Source: Escherichia coli
GTDB lineage: Bacteria; Pseudomonadota; Gammaproteobacteria; Enterobacterales; Enterobacteriaceae
Assembly: GCF_044324785.1 (NCBI RefSeq)
Contig: NZ_CP172127.1
Length of the DNA: 64,000 nucleotides
Direction: 5' to 3' (one strand)
The translations under genes and the position numbers were made by a program. Below, piece by piece: positions 30,890 to 42,683 of the stretch. The stretch's first letter is position 1. Each line of letters opens with the position of its first letter. Under the pieces are notes generated by a model. That model ran no database searches. It was not told the DNA's origin and worked only from the letters and a program-made list of their open reading frames with translations.

Positions 30890-32221
30890 TTACCCGCCCA
30901 TGCGGGCAACTTTCCCTTCGATTTGCCGGATTTTTTCCGGCATTTCTTGTGCAATGTGGCGAAATGCCTCGCTGATACGCGGATCTCCGGCGACCGTTTG
31001 CCAGAACTGCTGCGCCAGCGGGATCGCCGTTAACCATGCACTTTTACTGACGTTAAGATCAAACCTCACCTCAATGGCAGCATCACGCAACATTCCGGCG
31101 CTGTTTGGTGCATAGGCCATCGGCAGCATGTCGTAGACGGGCGTCAGCGCAAATGGTGGTTCAGATAAATAAAATGATAAATTGCCTGCGTGCATATCGC
31201 TGTTGGCGATAAGTCGCCCAAACGCCCAGATCACTTCTGTTTGCGCCACGCTCTGGTGAGTGACAAGTTGTTGCTCACACAAACGGCGCATAGCCTCCGG
31301 CCACGATCCCGGAGAAGAGATAAACTCACTCTGCACCGCCTCCAGCGACACAATGGGCAAACGACCATCGTTACCTTTGCAGTCAAATCGTTCCGCTTCA
31401 AGGAATACCTGCCTGTTACTTGTTACAAGCACCGTTGACTCGATGGCGTGGATCCCACCGTCGAGCAGGATTTGCGCGGCAATAGATTCCGCAATAAGCA
31501 AGTCGCCCCAACGTTGGCTGACCGCGGTTTGCTGTGGCACGGTGAATTTAACCAGCACATGTTTATTGCCTGACGGCGTTTGTGCATAGCAGGTAAATTT
31601 TGGCTGCTCGCCGCCCGCAGAAGAACCCACAATTTCTCCTGCCAGAGCATCGCTTGCCAGTTGTTCGTAATGGGTGAGTTTTTGATCCAGAGGAATTGCC
31701 GCAGGGCGTTGTGCAGTAATCCATCGCTGATAATTACCCTCCCCGACCAGCCAGCCGCCGGTGTATTCACCGCTAAATACGGTCAGGGCGTAGAGCACAT
31801 CTTCTTCCTGCCAGAGACGGATATCTTCAGTAAGATTCAGTTGCGCGGCTAACTTCCTGCCCCACGCGCGCCCCAAAAACCCCTGCGGTCGCAGATCGGT
31901 CAAATACCAGGGCAAACTATCAAACCACTGTTCGTCGCCATCTGCGCCTGTTACCAGACAACTTCCCTGCGGCCAGCACAACCGGATGTCGGCGAATTTA
32001 TGCGCCTTTCCGGCATCATCCACTCGCCATACGGGAATACGCTCAATTCCGCGATAAGGACGCAGCAGTGCATATCGCGTTGCCCGTGCTTTACCAAAGC
32101 GAATCACCCGATCTTCTCTGGCAACAAGGCGTGAGAACGTCGCCTGACTGATTGCCAGACGCTGGCGCAATTCCGGGGCAGAACGCGGCCCTTGCAGTAA
32201 AAGATCGGTCAGTTCGCTCAT
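30890..32221 (-). CDS. yjjJ: HipA-like Ser/Thr kinase with N-terminal HTH (YjjJ)
   Basis: ORF track 443 aa, MSELTDLLLQGPRSAPELRQRLAISQATFSRLVARE...; HipA-type C-terminal region. Confidence 0.9.
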   Translation of the reverse strand: MSELTDLLLQGPRSAPELRQRLAISQATFSRLVAREDRVIRFGKARATRYALLRPYRGIERIPVWRVDDAGKAHKFADIRLCWPQGSCLVTGADGDEQWFDSLPWYLTDLRPQGFLGRAWGRKLAAQLNLTEDIRLWQEEDVLYALTVFSGEYTGGWLVGEGNYQRWITAQRPAAIPLDQKLTHYEQLASDALAGEIVGSSAGGEQPKFTCYAQTPSGNKHVLVKFTVPQQTAVSQRWGDLLIAESIAAQILLDGGIHAIESTVLVTSNRQVFLEAERFDCKGNDGRLPIVSLEAVQSEFISSPGSWPEAMRRLCEQQLVTHQSVAQTEVIWAFGRLIANSDMHAGNLSFYLSEPPFALTPVYDMLPMAYAPNSAGMLRDAAIEVRFDLNVSKSAWLTAIPLAQQFWQTVAGDPRISEAFRHIAQEMPEKIRQIEGKVARMGG

Positions 32222-32387
32222 TAATGAATAGATTCGTGAATAGATACTTGAATAGATTTATTAACACATTTCACTGAAAAGTATAGCGAAAATATTCAAG
32301 CTGGAGAGAAAAATGAATAAATGCTAAAAAGCCGGAGCAGTCTCCCGCTCCGGCTTCACAAGGCAATCGCCTTTCAGCGAAACACAA

Positions 32388-33107
32388 TTACTCTTTATCA
32401 CCCAACAGAACGGATTCCAGTGCGATTTTGATCATGTCGTTGAAGGTGGTCTGACGCTCAGCGGCAGTGGTCTGCTCGTGAGTGCGGATGTGGTCAGATA
32501 CGGTGCAGATGGTCAGGGCTTTCGCGCCAAACTCTGCAGCCACGCCGTAGATGCCAGCGGCTTCCATTTCCACGCCGAGGATGCCGTATTTTTCCATCAC
32601 GTCGAACATTTCGCCGTCCGGAGAGTAGAACAGGTCAGCGGAGAACAGGTTACCCACGCGAGCATCAACGCCCAGTGCTTTAGCCGCGTCTACCGCGTTA
32701 CGCACCATGTCAAAGTCAGCGATAGCGGCAAAGTCATGATCTTTAAAACGGATGCGGTTAACTTTGGAATCGGTGCAGGCACCCATACCGATAACGACGT
32801 CGCGCAGTTTTACGTGCGGCAGAACTGCGCCACAGGAACCCACGCGGATAATTTTCTTCACGCCGAAATCGGTGATCAGTTCTTTGGTGTAGATGGAGCA
32901 GGACGGGATACCCATACCGTGACCCATTACGGAAATTTTGCGGCCTTTGTAAGTACCGGTGAAGCCCAGCATACCGCGAACGTTGTTCACTTCACGGGCA
33001 TCTTCAAGGAAAGTTTCAGCAATATACTTCGCACGCAGCGGGTCGCCTGGCATCAAAACTACGTCAGCGAAATCGCCCATTTCTGCATTAATGTGTGGGG
33101 TAGCCAT
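32388..33107 (-). CDS. deoD: Purine nucleoside phosphorylase DeoD
   Basis: ORF track 32388..33164; start set at [36 protein letters not shown] (239 aa). Confidence 0.96.
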   Translation of the reverse strand: MATPHINAEMGDFADVVLMPGDPLRAKYIAETFLEDAREVNNVRGMLGFTGTYKGRKISVMGHGMGIPSCSIYTKELITDFGVKKIIRVGSCGAVLPHVKLRDVVIGMGACTDSKVNRIRFKDHDFAAIADFDMVRNAVDAAKALGVDARVGNLFSADLFYSPDGEMFDVMEKYGILGVEMEAAGIYGVAAEFGAKALTICTVSDHIRTHEQTTAAERQTTFNDMIKIALESVLLGDKE

Positions 33108-33163
33108 TGTTTTATCCTTTTTGTGACATAACAAAGGCGGAGTCAACGCTCCGCCCAAATCCA

Positions 33164-34408
<1,245 letters not shown>

Positions 34409-34438
34409 TCAAATTTAAATGATCAGATCAGTATACCG

Positions 34439-35761
34439 TTATTCACTGATACGACGATAGACAGTTGGTGTGCTTTCCGGTGCTTTATCGGCAAGTTTAA
34501 TTGCCGCTTTCACCGCTTTAGCCGCTTCCTGCCAGCTGTTTTCGTCTTTCGCGTGGATAACCGCCAGCGGACGCTGACCGTCTACCTGGTCGCCCAGACG
34601 CGCCATATCAGTAAAGCCGACGCTGTAATCGATGGTGTCAGATGCCTGACGGCGTCCGCCGCCCATTGCAACCACTGCCATCCCCAGCGCACGGGTATCC
34701 ATTTCACTGACAAAACCTTCGGTATCAGCATAGACTGCTTTCGTCAGCATCGCTGTCGGCAGATACTTCGCGTAGTTCTCAACGAAGTCGGTCGGGCCTT
34801 TTTGTGCCGCTACCATACGACCAAAGACTTCTGCCGCTTTACCGTTGTCCAGCACCGCCTGCAATTTCGCGCGCGCTTCGGCGTCATCTTTCGCCAGTTT
34901 GCCGGAGATCAGCATCTCCACGCACAGCGCCATCGTGACATCAAACAGACGCGGGTTACGATACTCACCCGTCAGGAACTGCACCGCTTCACGAACTTCA
35001 ACCGCGTTACCTGCACTGGAGGCCAGTACCTGATTCATATCGGTGAGCAGCGCGGTGGTGCGCACGCCCGCGCCGTTAGCTACGCCAACAATCGCTTCGG
35101 CAAGGGCTTCAGAGAGTTCGTAGTTCGGCATAAATGCACCACTACCCACTTTCACGTCCATCACCAGCGCATCCAGACCTTCCGCCAGTTTCTTCGCCAG
35201 GATCGAGGCAGTGATCAGCGGGATGGAGTCCACGGTTGCGGTAATATCACGGGTCGCGTAGAAACGTTTATCCGCCGGAGCCAGTGAGCTGGTCTGGCCG
35301 ATAATCGCCACGCCGACGTCTTTAATAATTTCGCGGAAACGGTTGTCATCCGGGAAAATGTCGAAGCCAGGGATGGATTCCAGTTTGTCGAGCGTACCGC
35401 CAGTATGACCGAGGCCGCGACCAGAGATCATCGGAATATAGCCGCCGCAGGCTGCGACCATCGGCCCCAACATCAGCGAAGTCACATCGCCGACGCCACC
35501 GGTGGAGTGTTTATCAACAATCGGGCCATTCAGATGCAGGCTTTTCCAGTCGAGAACGGTTCCTGAATCTCGCATCGCCATGGTCAGCGAGACACGCTCA
35601 GGCATTGTCATATCGTGGAAGAAAATGGTCATCGCGAGGGCGGCAATCTGCCCTTCGGAGATAGTGTTGTCGCGAATACCGTTGATAAAGAAACGAATTT
35701 CTTCATCGCTCAGCGCATGACCATCACGTTTTTTACGAATAATTTCTTGTGCGAGAAACAA
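34439..35761 (-). CDS. deoA: Thymidine phosphorylase
   Basis: ORF track 440 aa, (M)[37 protein letters not shown]...; TTG start codon as read. Confidence 0.97.
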
Positions 35762-35796
35762 GGTAACCTCCCGTGGAAAAGAGTATGAGGCGGCTT

Positions 35797-35876
35797 TTGC
35801 CGGATGCGTCTACGCCTTATCCGGCCTACGGGTAGATACGTCTCGTAGGCCTGATAAGCGCAGCGCATCAGGCGTA
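35797..35876. repeat. BIME: two inverted REP elements between deoA and deoC
   Basis: gccggatgcgtctacgccttatccggcctacg and cgtaggcctgataagcgcagcgcatcaggcg read directly. Confidence 0.75.
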
Positions 35877-35887
35877 AAGCATCTTAC

Positions 35888-36667
35888 TTAGTAGCTGCTG
35901 GCGCTCTTACCGTCGCCGTGACCCAGCGCTTTCAGCAGGCTTGCCAGCAGGCTGGAAGCACCAAAGCGGTAGTGACGCGCATCAGCCCAGTCAGCACCGA
36001 ACAGTTCATCTGCGATGGCGAGATATTTCTGCGCATCTTCCGCAGTACGCACGCCGCCCGCCGGTTTGAAACCAACGGTTTTTTCTACGCCCATATCACG
36101 GATCACTTCCATCATGATGCGCGCGCTTTCCGGCGTCGCGTTCACAGCCACTTTACCGGTAGAGGTTTTGATGAAGTCCGCACCCGCTTTGATGGAGATT
36201 TCAGACGCTTTACGGATCAGCGCTTCGTCTTTCAGTTCGCCGGTTTCGATGATCACTTTCAGCAGTACATTCGCTGCCGCGCAAGCCTCTTTACAGGCTT
36301 TCACAAGGTCAAAACCAACCTGCTCGTTACCCGCCATCAGCGCGCGGTACGGGAACACAACGTCAACTTCATCAGCACCGTAGGCGATTGCCGCACGGGT
36401 TTCTGCCAGCGCGATTTCGATGTCGTCGTTACCGTGTGGGAAGTTGGTTACCGTAGCAATACGGATTTCCGGGGTGCCCTGCTCTTTCAGCGTTTTGCGA
36501 GCAATTGGGATAAAGCGAGGATAGATACAGATAGCGGCGGTATTGCCGACCGGGGTTTTGGCCTGATGACACAGAGCAATTACTTTCTCGTCGGTGTCGT
36601 CGTCATTCAGGGTGGTCAGGTCCATCAATTTCAGTGCACGCAGGCTGCTTGCTTTCAGATCAGTCAT
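35888..36667 (-). CDS. deoC: Deoxyribose-phosphate aldolase
   Basis: ORF track 35888..36691; start set at [54 protein letters not shown] (259 aa). Confidence 0.96.
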
Positions 36668-36711
36668 TTCATTCTCCTGGCTTGTCGCCAATAAAATTCA
36701 CCTTGCGAGTT

Positions 36712-36727
36712 TGTTAGTATTCTAACA
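36712..36727 (-). promoter_or_regulatory. DeoR operator O2 at deo promoter P2 (TGTTAGAATACTAACA on the deoC strand)
   Basis: 16-bp near-palindrome 45 nt upstream of the deoC start; matches the known DeoR operator. Confidence 0.8.
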
Positions 36728-36924
36728 TCTACTCCGCAACACACTTCGATATACATCACAATTAAGGAAATCTACTTACAAGTTTGCATCACTGTAATGC
36801 GATCTGGTTCAAATAATTCACTTTCAAATGAATGCGTCAGTGGTGGCAAACGCATCAGGATCAAAGTGAACATCACGAAACTTCTTACAATGGCGCATCA
36901 CCTTCGGCATAAAAGGAAAAGAAG

Positions 36925-38475
36925 ATGCCCACTTCTCATGAAAATGCACTGCAACAACGTTGCCAGCAAATTGTCACCAGCCCAGTGCTTAGCCCGGAGC
37001 AGAAGCGCCATTTTCTGGCACTGGAAGCAGAAAACAATCTGCCTTACCCACAGCTTCCTGCCGAAGCCCGCCGCGCGCTGGATGAAGGTGTAATCTGCGA
37101 TATGTTTGAAGGTCATGCGCCGTACAAACCGCGCTATGTCTTACCCGATTACGCCCGTTTTCTGGCGAACGGTTCCGAATGGCTGGAGCTGGAAGGCGCG
37201 AAAGATCTTGATGACGCCCTCTCTCTGCTGACCATTCTTTACCACCACGTACCGTCGGTCACATCGATGCCGGTCTACCTGGGGCAACTGGATGCGTTGT
37301 TGCAACCGTATGTTAGAATTCTAACACAAGACGAGATCGATGTTCGAATAAAACGTTTCTGGCGTTACCTCGACAGAACCCTGCCAGACGCCTTTATGCA
37401 CGCCAATATCGGCCCGTCTGATTCGCCCATTACCCGCGCGATCTTACGTGCAGACGCAGAGTTGAAGCAGGTTTCACCGAACCTGACCTTTATCTACGAT
37501 CCTGAAATCACCCCTGATGACCTGCTGCTGGAAGTGGCGAAGAACATCTGTGAATGTAGCAAACCGCACATCGCCAACGGTCCGGTGCATGATAAAATTT
37601 TCACAAAAGGGGGCTACGGGATTGTGAGCTGTTACAACTCACTGCCGCTGGCGGGTGGTGGCAGCACGCTGGTACGCCTTAACCTGAAAGCCATTGCCGA
37701 GCGCAGCGAATCGCTGGATGACTTCTTTACGCGCACTCTACCGCACTACTGCCAGCAGCAGATCGCCATCATCGATGCGCGGTGTGAATTCCTCTATCAA
37801 CAATCACACTTCTTTGAGAATAGCTTCCTGGTGAAAGAAGGGCTGATTAACCCTGAACGTTTTGTGCCAATGTTTGGCATGTATGGGCTGGCGGAAGCGG
37901 TTAACTTGCTGTGTGAGAAAGAAGGGATTGCCGCGCGCTACGGTAAAGAAGCCGCCGCAAATGAAGTGGGTTATCGCATCAGCGCGCAACTGGCGGAGTT
38001 TGTCGCCAATACCCCCGTGAAATATGGCTGGCAAAAACGCGCCATGTTACACGCACAGTCGGGGATCAGTTCCGATATCGGCACCACGCCGGGCGCGCGT
38101 TTGCCGTATGGCGATGAGCCAGATCCGATCACCCATCTGCAAACTGTCGCCCCGCATCATGCTTATTATTATTCCGGCATCAGCGACATTCTGACGCTCG
38201 ACGAAACCATCAAACGTAACCCGCAGGCACTGGTACAGCTTTGCCTCGGTGCCTTTAAAGCCGGAATGCGTGAATTTACCGCCAATGTCAGCGGTAACGA
38301 TCTGGTTCGCGTTACCGGTTATATGGTGCGTTTGTCGGATTTAGAAAAATATCGCGCCGAAGGTTCACGCACCAACACCACCTGGCTGGGCGAAGAAGCC
38401 GCACGCAACACTCGTATTCTGGAACGCCAGCCGCGCGTGATAAGCCATGAACAGCAGATGCGCTTTAGTCAGTAA
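36925..38475 (+). CDS. yjjI: YjjI, DUF3029 glycyl-radical-enzyme-like protein
   Basis: ORF track 516 aa, [55 protein letters not shown]...; followed by its activase yjjW. Confidence 0.88.
   Translation: MPTSHENALQQRCQQIVTSPVLSPEQKRHFLALEAENNLPYPQLPAEARRALDEGVICDMFEGHAPYKPRYVLPDYARFLANGSEWLELEGAKDLDDALSLLTILYHHVPSVTSMPVYLGQLDALLQPYVRILTQDEIDVRIKRFWRYLDRTLPDAFMHANIGPSDSPITRAILRADAELKQVSPNLTFIYDPEITPDDLLLEVAKNICECSKPHIANGPVHDKIFTKGGYGIVSCYNSLPLAGGGSTLVRLNLKAIAERSESLDDFFTRTLPHYCQQQIAIIDARCEFLYQQSHFFENSFLVKEGLINPERFVPMFGMYGLAEAVNLLCEKEGIAARYGKEAAANEVGYRISAQLAEFVANTPVKYGWQKRAMLHAQSGISSDIGTTPGARLPYGDEPDPITHLQTVAPHHAYYYSGISDILTLDETIKRNPQALVQLCLGAFKAGMREFTANVSGNDLVRVTGYMVRLSDLEKYRAEGSRTNTTWLGEEAARNTRILERQPRVISHEQQMRFSQ
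37311..37326 (-). promoter_or_regulatory. DeoR operator O1 at deo promoter P1 (perfect palindrome TGTTAGAATTCTAACA)
   Basis: Perfect 16-bp palindrome exactly 599 bp from O2, the documented O1-O2 spacing; lies inside the yjjI reading frame. Confidence 0.8.
37590..37605 (-). promoter_or_regulatory. DeoR distal operator OE candidate (TGTGAAAATTTTATCA on the deoC strand)
   Basis: Imperfect palindrome 279 bp beyond O1, matching the reported ~278 bp O1-OE distance. Confidence 0.55.
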
Positions 38476-39310
38476 GATTATCCCCTTCTCCTGCGTTGAC
38501 GGGCCAGGCAGTCGTCTGGCTCTGTTTTTGCAGGGCTGCAATCTGCGCTGCAAAAACTGTCACAATCCGTGGACGATGGGACGTTGCAATGACTGTGGGG
38601 AGTGCGTGCCACAGTGTCCGCATCAGGCGTTGCAGATTGTTGACGGCAAAGTGGTGTGGAACGCTGTGGTCTGCGAGCAATGTGATACCTGCCTGAAGAG
38701 GTGTCCGCAACATGCCACGCCAATGGCGCAATCCATGAGCGTGGATGAGGTGCTTAGCCATATCCGCAAAGCGGTGCTGTTTATTGAAGGGATAACGGTA
38801 AGCGGCGGCGAAGCCACGACCCAACTGCCGTTTGTAGTGGCGCTGTTTACTGCTATCAAAAACGATCCGCAACTGCGCCACCTCACCTGCCTGGTAGACA
38901 GTAACGGTATGTTGAGCGAAACCGGCTGGGAAAAATTGCTCCCGGTGTGCGACGGCGCAATGCTCGATCTCAAAGCGTGGGGGAGCGAATGTCATCAACA
39001 ACTCACCGGACGCGATAATCAGCAGATTAAGCGCAGCATCTGTTTGCTGGCAGAGCGCGGCAAGCTGGCGGAACTGCGTTTGCTGGTAATCCCTGGCCAG
39101 GTGGATTATTTGCAACACATCGAAGAACTGGCGGTGTTTATCAAGGGACTTGGCGATGTTCCGGTACGCCTGAACGCGTTTCATGCCCACGGCGTGTATG
39201 GCGAGGCGCAAAGCTGGGCGAGCGCCACGCCGGAAGACGTTGAGCCGTTGGCTGATGCGTTAAAGGTGCGCGGGGTGAGCCGCTTAATATTCCCGGCGCT
39301 GTATTTGTGA
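38447..39310 (+). CDS. yjjW: Radical SAM glycyl-radical-enzyme activating protein YjjW
   Basis: ORF track 287 aa; cysteine cluster near the N-terminus (CKNCHNPW) plus ferredoxin-like Cys motifs; overlaps the yjjI end by 29 nt. Confidence 0.9.
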   Translation: MNSRCALVSKIIPFSCVDGPGSRLALFLQGCNLRCKNCHNPWTMGRCNDCGECVPQCPHQALQIVDGKVVWNAVVCEQCDTCLKRCPQHATPMAQSMSVDEVLSHIRKAVLFIEGITVSGGEATTQLPFVVALFTAIKNDPQLRHLTCLVDSNGMLSETGWEKLLPVCDGAMLDLKAWGSECHQQLTGRDNQQIKRSICLLAERGKLAELRLLVIPGQVDYLQHIEELAVFIKGLGDVPVRLNAFHAHGVYGEAQSWASATPEDVEPLADALKVRGVSRLIFPALYL

Positions 39311-39312
39311 CA

Positions 39313-39432
39313 TGCCGGATGCGGCCTACAGTTCGGCACAGACTTGTAGGCATGATAAGACGCGTCAAGCGTCGCATCAGGCATTGTGCGCCAACTGCCG
39401 GATGCGGCGTGAACGCCTTATCCGGCCTACGG
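39313..39432. repeat. BIME / REP cluster between yjjW and yjjV
   Basis: Three REP-like palindromes (gccggatgcggcctaca..., tgtaggcatgataagacgcg...gcatcaggcat, tgccggatgcggcgtgaacgccttatccggcctacgg); the last overlaps the yjjV stop. Confidence 0.75.
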
Positions 39433-40206
39433 CACGTTAAACAACGTATACGTGTTATTAAGCAACACTTCGGCAATTTCATCTGCGGGTTCCAGGCGTA
39501 ACTCACAAAGCACAGCAAACACCCGCGCGGCCTGTTCCGGGCGGTTAGGCTGCCCCTGAAAACCGTTGAGCGGCATATCCGGCGCGTCGGTTTCCAGCAA
39601 CAACGATGCCAGCGGTAATTTTGCGATGACATCGCGGGTTTTACTGGCGCGTGGATAGGTGATAGTACCGCCTACGCCGATTTTGTAGCCCAGCTGTACA
39701 AACCGCTCGGCCTGTTGGAGGCTGCCGGAAAAACCGTGAACCACGCCAGTGCGCGATAAATCGTGGCGTTTAAGATGCATCGCCAGTTTGTCGTGCGTGC
39801 GTCGTGAATGCAGGATCACCGGCAGATCGTAGCGTTTCGCCAGTTTCAGTTGTTCGTCGAGTAACCACTGCTGCCTCTCAAATTGCGGATCGTCGCCGAA
39901 GAGATCCAGACCGATCTCCCCCACCGCCACCACCTTCGCCGGACGCCTTTCCAGCGCCTGCTGTAGCTGATCAAGAGACACATCGCTATGTTTTTCCAAC
40001 ATACCAGGATGCAAGCCCAATGCGGCATACAGCGGTTGATATTTTTCCGCTAATGCCAACACACGGGCAAAATTTGCCGCCTCGGTTGCCGGAACAATGA
40101 TCTTGCCTACGCCCGCTTGTGCCGCGCGTTGCAGGCTGGCCTCTTCATCACCACTAAAAGGCGGGAAATCAAAATGGCAGTGGGTGTCGATAAAACGGCA
40201 AATCAA
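39427..40206 (-). CDS. yjjV: TatD-family metal-dependent hydrolase YjjV
   Basis: ORF track 259 aa, MICRFIDTHCHFDFPPF... Confidence 0.92.
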   Translation of the reverse strand: MICRFIDTHCHFDFPPFSGDEEASLQRAAQAGVGKIIVPATEAANFARVLALAEKYQPLYAALGLHPGMLEKHSDVSLDQLQQALERRPAKVVAVGEIGLDLFGDDPQFERQQWLLDEQLKLAKRYDLPVILHSRRTHDKLAMHLKRHDLSRTGVVHGFSGSLQQAERFVQLGYKIGVGGTITYPRASKTRDVIAKLPLASLLLETDAPDMPLNGFQGQPNRPEQAARVFAVLCELRLEPADEIAEVLLNNTYTLFNVP

Positions 40207-41276
40207 GCCAGATCCTCATTGTTAAATGTCGGGTCGTTCGCCTGCGGAGCGTCGATCACTTCGGCAACCAGCGTATCGTTGGCGACTGGCGCAGGCGGAA
40301 TAACGATCGACTCCGGCGTCACCACCGGCACCAGATGGCGGGTAAGCGGCGCTTTTTCAGTTAATAGCTTGCCAACCGTGGCGAGGAAATATCGCCCGCA
40401 TAAACGCCCAAGTTTATAGTCTTCACGCAGCGCCGGAATCCGACTGCCAAGCGCGATACTATGTAATGGCTTCGGTGGATAAATTTCGAATATTCGCAGC
40501 TTGCCCGGTGGTTTCTCAATAAATTGCTGGATGTCACGATAGCTGGTTTCATGATGCTGCACCAGATTGACCAGCGGCTGCAGGCTACTGTCACCCAGCC
40601 AGCGTTCCATGCGTTTGAACCACTGCGGCGTGTAGTACATTTGCGACGGCACGGTGCGAATGACGACCAACGTTTTTGCCCCTTGCCTTGCCGCCTCTTT
40701 AACCGGAATCGCATCACTGATCCCACCATCCAGGTAGTTAATGCCTTCCAGCGACACTCCGCTACGATAAAAGCCAGGTATCGCACTGGAGGCGCGAATC
40801 ACATCCAGCCAGTTTTGTTTGGTTGGTAAAAAGTAATTCGGCGCGTAGTCATCCTGACGACAGGCGCACATATAAAACGATTTGCCGCTGTCAAACAACC
40901 GCGCGGCGGTGTCCATTTGCAACGGCATCTGGCTTGCGGTGGCCTCCACCAGCCAGTCGAGATCGATAAGATTTCCTCCACGGACAAAGCGCAATGGATC
41001 GAAAAATTCGCGTTTTGTGGTATAGCGCATGATGACTTTGCGCGCGTAACCGGGCTGATTACAGATATACGCCGAGAGGTTCTGCGCCCCGGCAGATGTG
41101 CCGAGATAAAGATCGAAAGGATTAAACTGCGCGCGCATAAACTCATCCAGCACGCCTGCCGTGAAAATTCCACGCTGCCCGCCGCCTTCGCACACCAGAG
41201 CTATTCGTCCAGGCTGGAACGGCCTTAGCGACAACGGCGCAATATTACCAAGCGTTACAGGTATTCGCTGCCCCAC
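40203..41276 (-). CDS. yjjU: Patatin-like phospholipase family protein YjjU
   Basis: ORF track 40203..41312; start set at a GTG codon giving (M)GQRIPVTLGNIAPLS... (357 aa); GGGQRG and GTSAG patatin motifs. Confidence 0.88.
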   Translation of the reverse strand: MGQRIPVTLGNIAPLSLRPFQPGRIALVCEGGGQRGIFTAGVLDEFMRAQFNPFDLYLGTSAGAQNLSAYICNQPGYARKVIMRYTTKREFFDPLRFVRGGNLIDLDWLVEATASQMPLQMDTAARLFDSGKSFYMCACRQDDYAPNYFLPTKQNWLDVIRASSAIPGFYRSGVSLEGINYLDGGISDAIPVKEAARQGAKTLVVIRTVPSQMYYTPQWFKRMERWLGDSSLQPLVNLVQHHETSYRDIQQFIEKPPGKLRIFEIYPPKPLHSIALGSRIPALREDYKLGRLCGRYFLATVGKLLTEKAPLTRHLVPVVTPESIVIPPAPVANDTLVAEVIDAPQANDPTFNNEDLA

Positions 41277-41397
41277 CTCTGCCTTCCTGTTTTTGTTGTG
41301 AAAGAATGACAAAGTAACGCAATTTATTATTCGCTAAAACCGCAAAAGCCAGTCCGCTGGACTGGCTTTGGATAAAATTTTCTTAATGGTCTGAAAT

Positions 41398-41559
41398 CTA
41401 GGGTCGTTTTCGGCCCATGAACAAACTCACCAGGAACAGAATAATCCCGACGACAAAGACAATTTTAGCTGCGCCCGCAGCGGTACCGGCCAGACCACCA
41501 AACCCAAGTGCGGCGGCGATTAACGCGATAACCAGAAATATGATGCCCCAACGAAACAT
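41398..41559 (-). CDS. ytjA: Small inner membrane protein YtjA (53 aa)
   Basis: Internal start [53 protein letters not shown] within ORF track 41398..41589. Confidence 0.8.
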
Positions 41560-41685
41560 AAGCGTCTCCTTTACCATAGTTAATGTCACCGCTTGATATG
41601 AGCGTGAAAATCACTCAATGCGATATTTTTAGTGTGGTGCACATCGCGCCTCCCGACAAAGTTCGGGAGGACGAATTACGACGAA

Positions 41686-42291
41686 TTACTTAGTTTTCAG
41701 ATCATTTTTAACGCTTTTCACACCATCTACCGCTTTGGCGATACTTTCAGCACGGTCACTTTGTGCCTGAGAATCTACGGTACCGGAGAGCTGAACCACG
41801 CCATCGGTGGTTTCAACTTTCACATGACGGGAAGGGACGATATCGTCCGCCAGCAGTTTGGCTTTGATTTCACTGGTGGTGGCGGTGTCACCCGCGTAGC
41901 CCTTCACAGAGCCTTCTTTAGCGTCGCGAACGTGCAGTTTGTCGCTGACAGAGGTCACGCCTTCAACGCCTTTGGCCACTTTCACTGCCTCTTCGGCCTG
42001 GGCCTGGCTTTCAACGAAACCGCTCAGGGTCACGACTTTTTGATCGGTTTTGACAGAGATATCGGTGCTCTTGATGTTGTCATGATCCACCAGGGCCGCC
42101 TTCACTTTCGCTGTGATGGCGCTGTCATCCATGAAATTACCGACTTTATTCATAGAGCTATCGACTTTTTGCCCTGCGCTTTCATTGGTAGTCTGTGCGT
42201 TGTTTTCCGCGTAGGCAGAGCCGGTCGCGACGGCAGAGGTCAACATTACAGCCAGCAGAGTTTTCGAAATCTTCAGTCTTGTCATAGTCAT
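41686..42291 (-). CDS. osmY: Osmotically inducible periplasmic protein OsmY (tandem BON domains)
   Basis: ORF track 41686..42369; start set at [28 protein letters not shown] (201 aa). Confidence 0.93.
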
Positions 42292-42683
42292 CGATTTATT
42301 CCTGTATGTTTGCTCGTAATTTGAGCCTGGCAACACGAGGTTGCATTGCTGAATAGGGAGAGACTTCACCCTCTACAGAAGTCAATGGTCGCCATCACAA
42401 AAGCGATGGGTGATGAATAACGACCATTACAGCCTCTGAATCAGTTATTAATATCGGTAGAATGACAATCGACGGCTTTAGATACTGATATCTACGCATT
42501 GAACGGTATTTAACGCCGTCAGAAATGTCATTACTTTGTTAAATATAGATCACAATTTTGAAACCGCTCGGGATATCAGCTAAAACATAAGCAAAAGTGA
42601 ATGTTTTAAGAACATTCCGTAAGCGGCTAATAAGGAAGGGAAATTGACAGGGCGCAGCGGCTACCGCGCCCTGGAGGCAAGAA

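Noticed and set aside
41648-41669. Inverted repeat cctcccga-N6-tcgggagg downstream of osmY as a terminator
   Set aside because: Good stem but no U-tract on the osmY transcript strand; could be a REP-like element or part of the ytjA promoter region, so not called.
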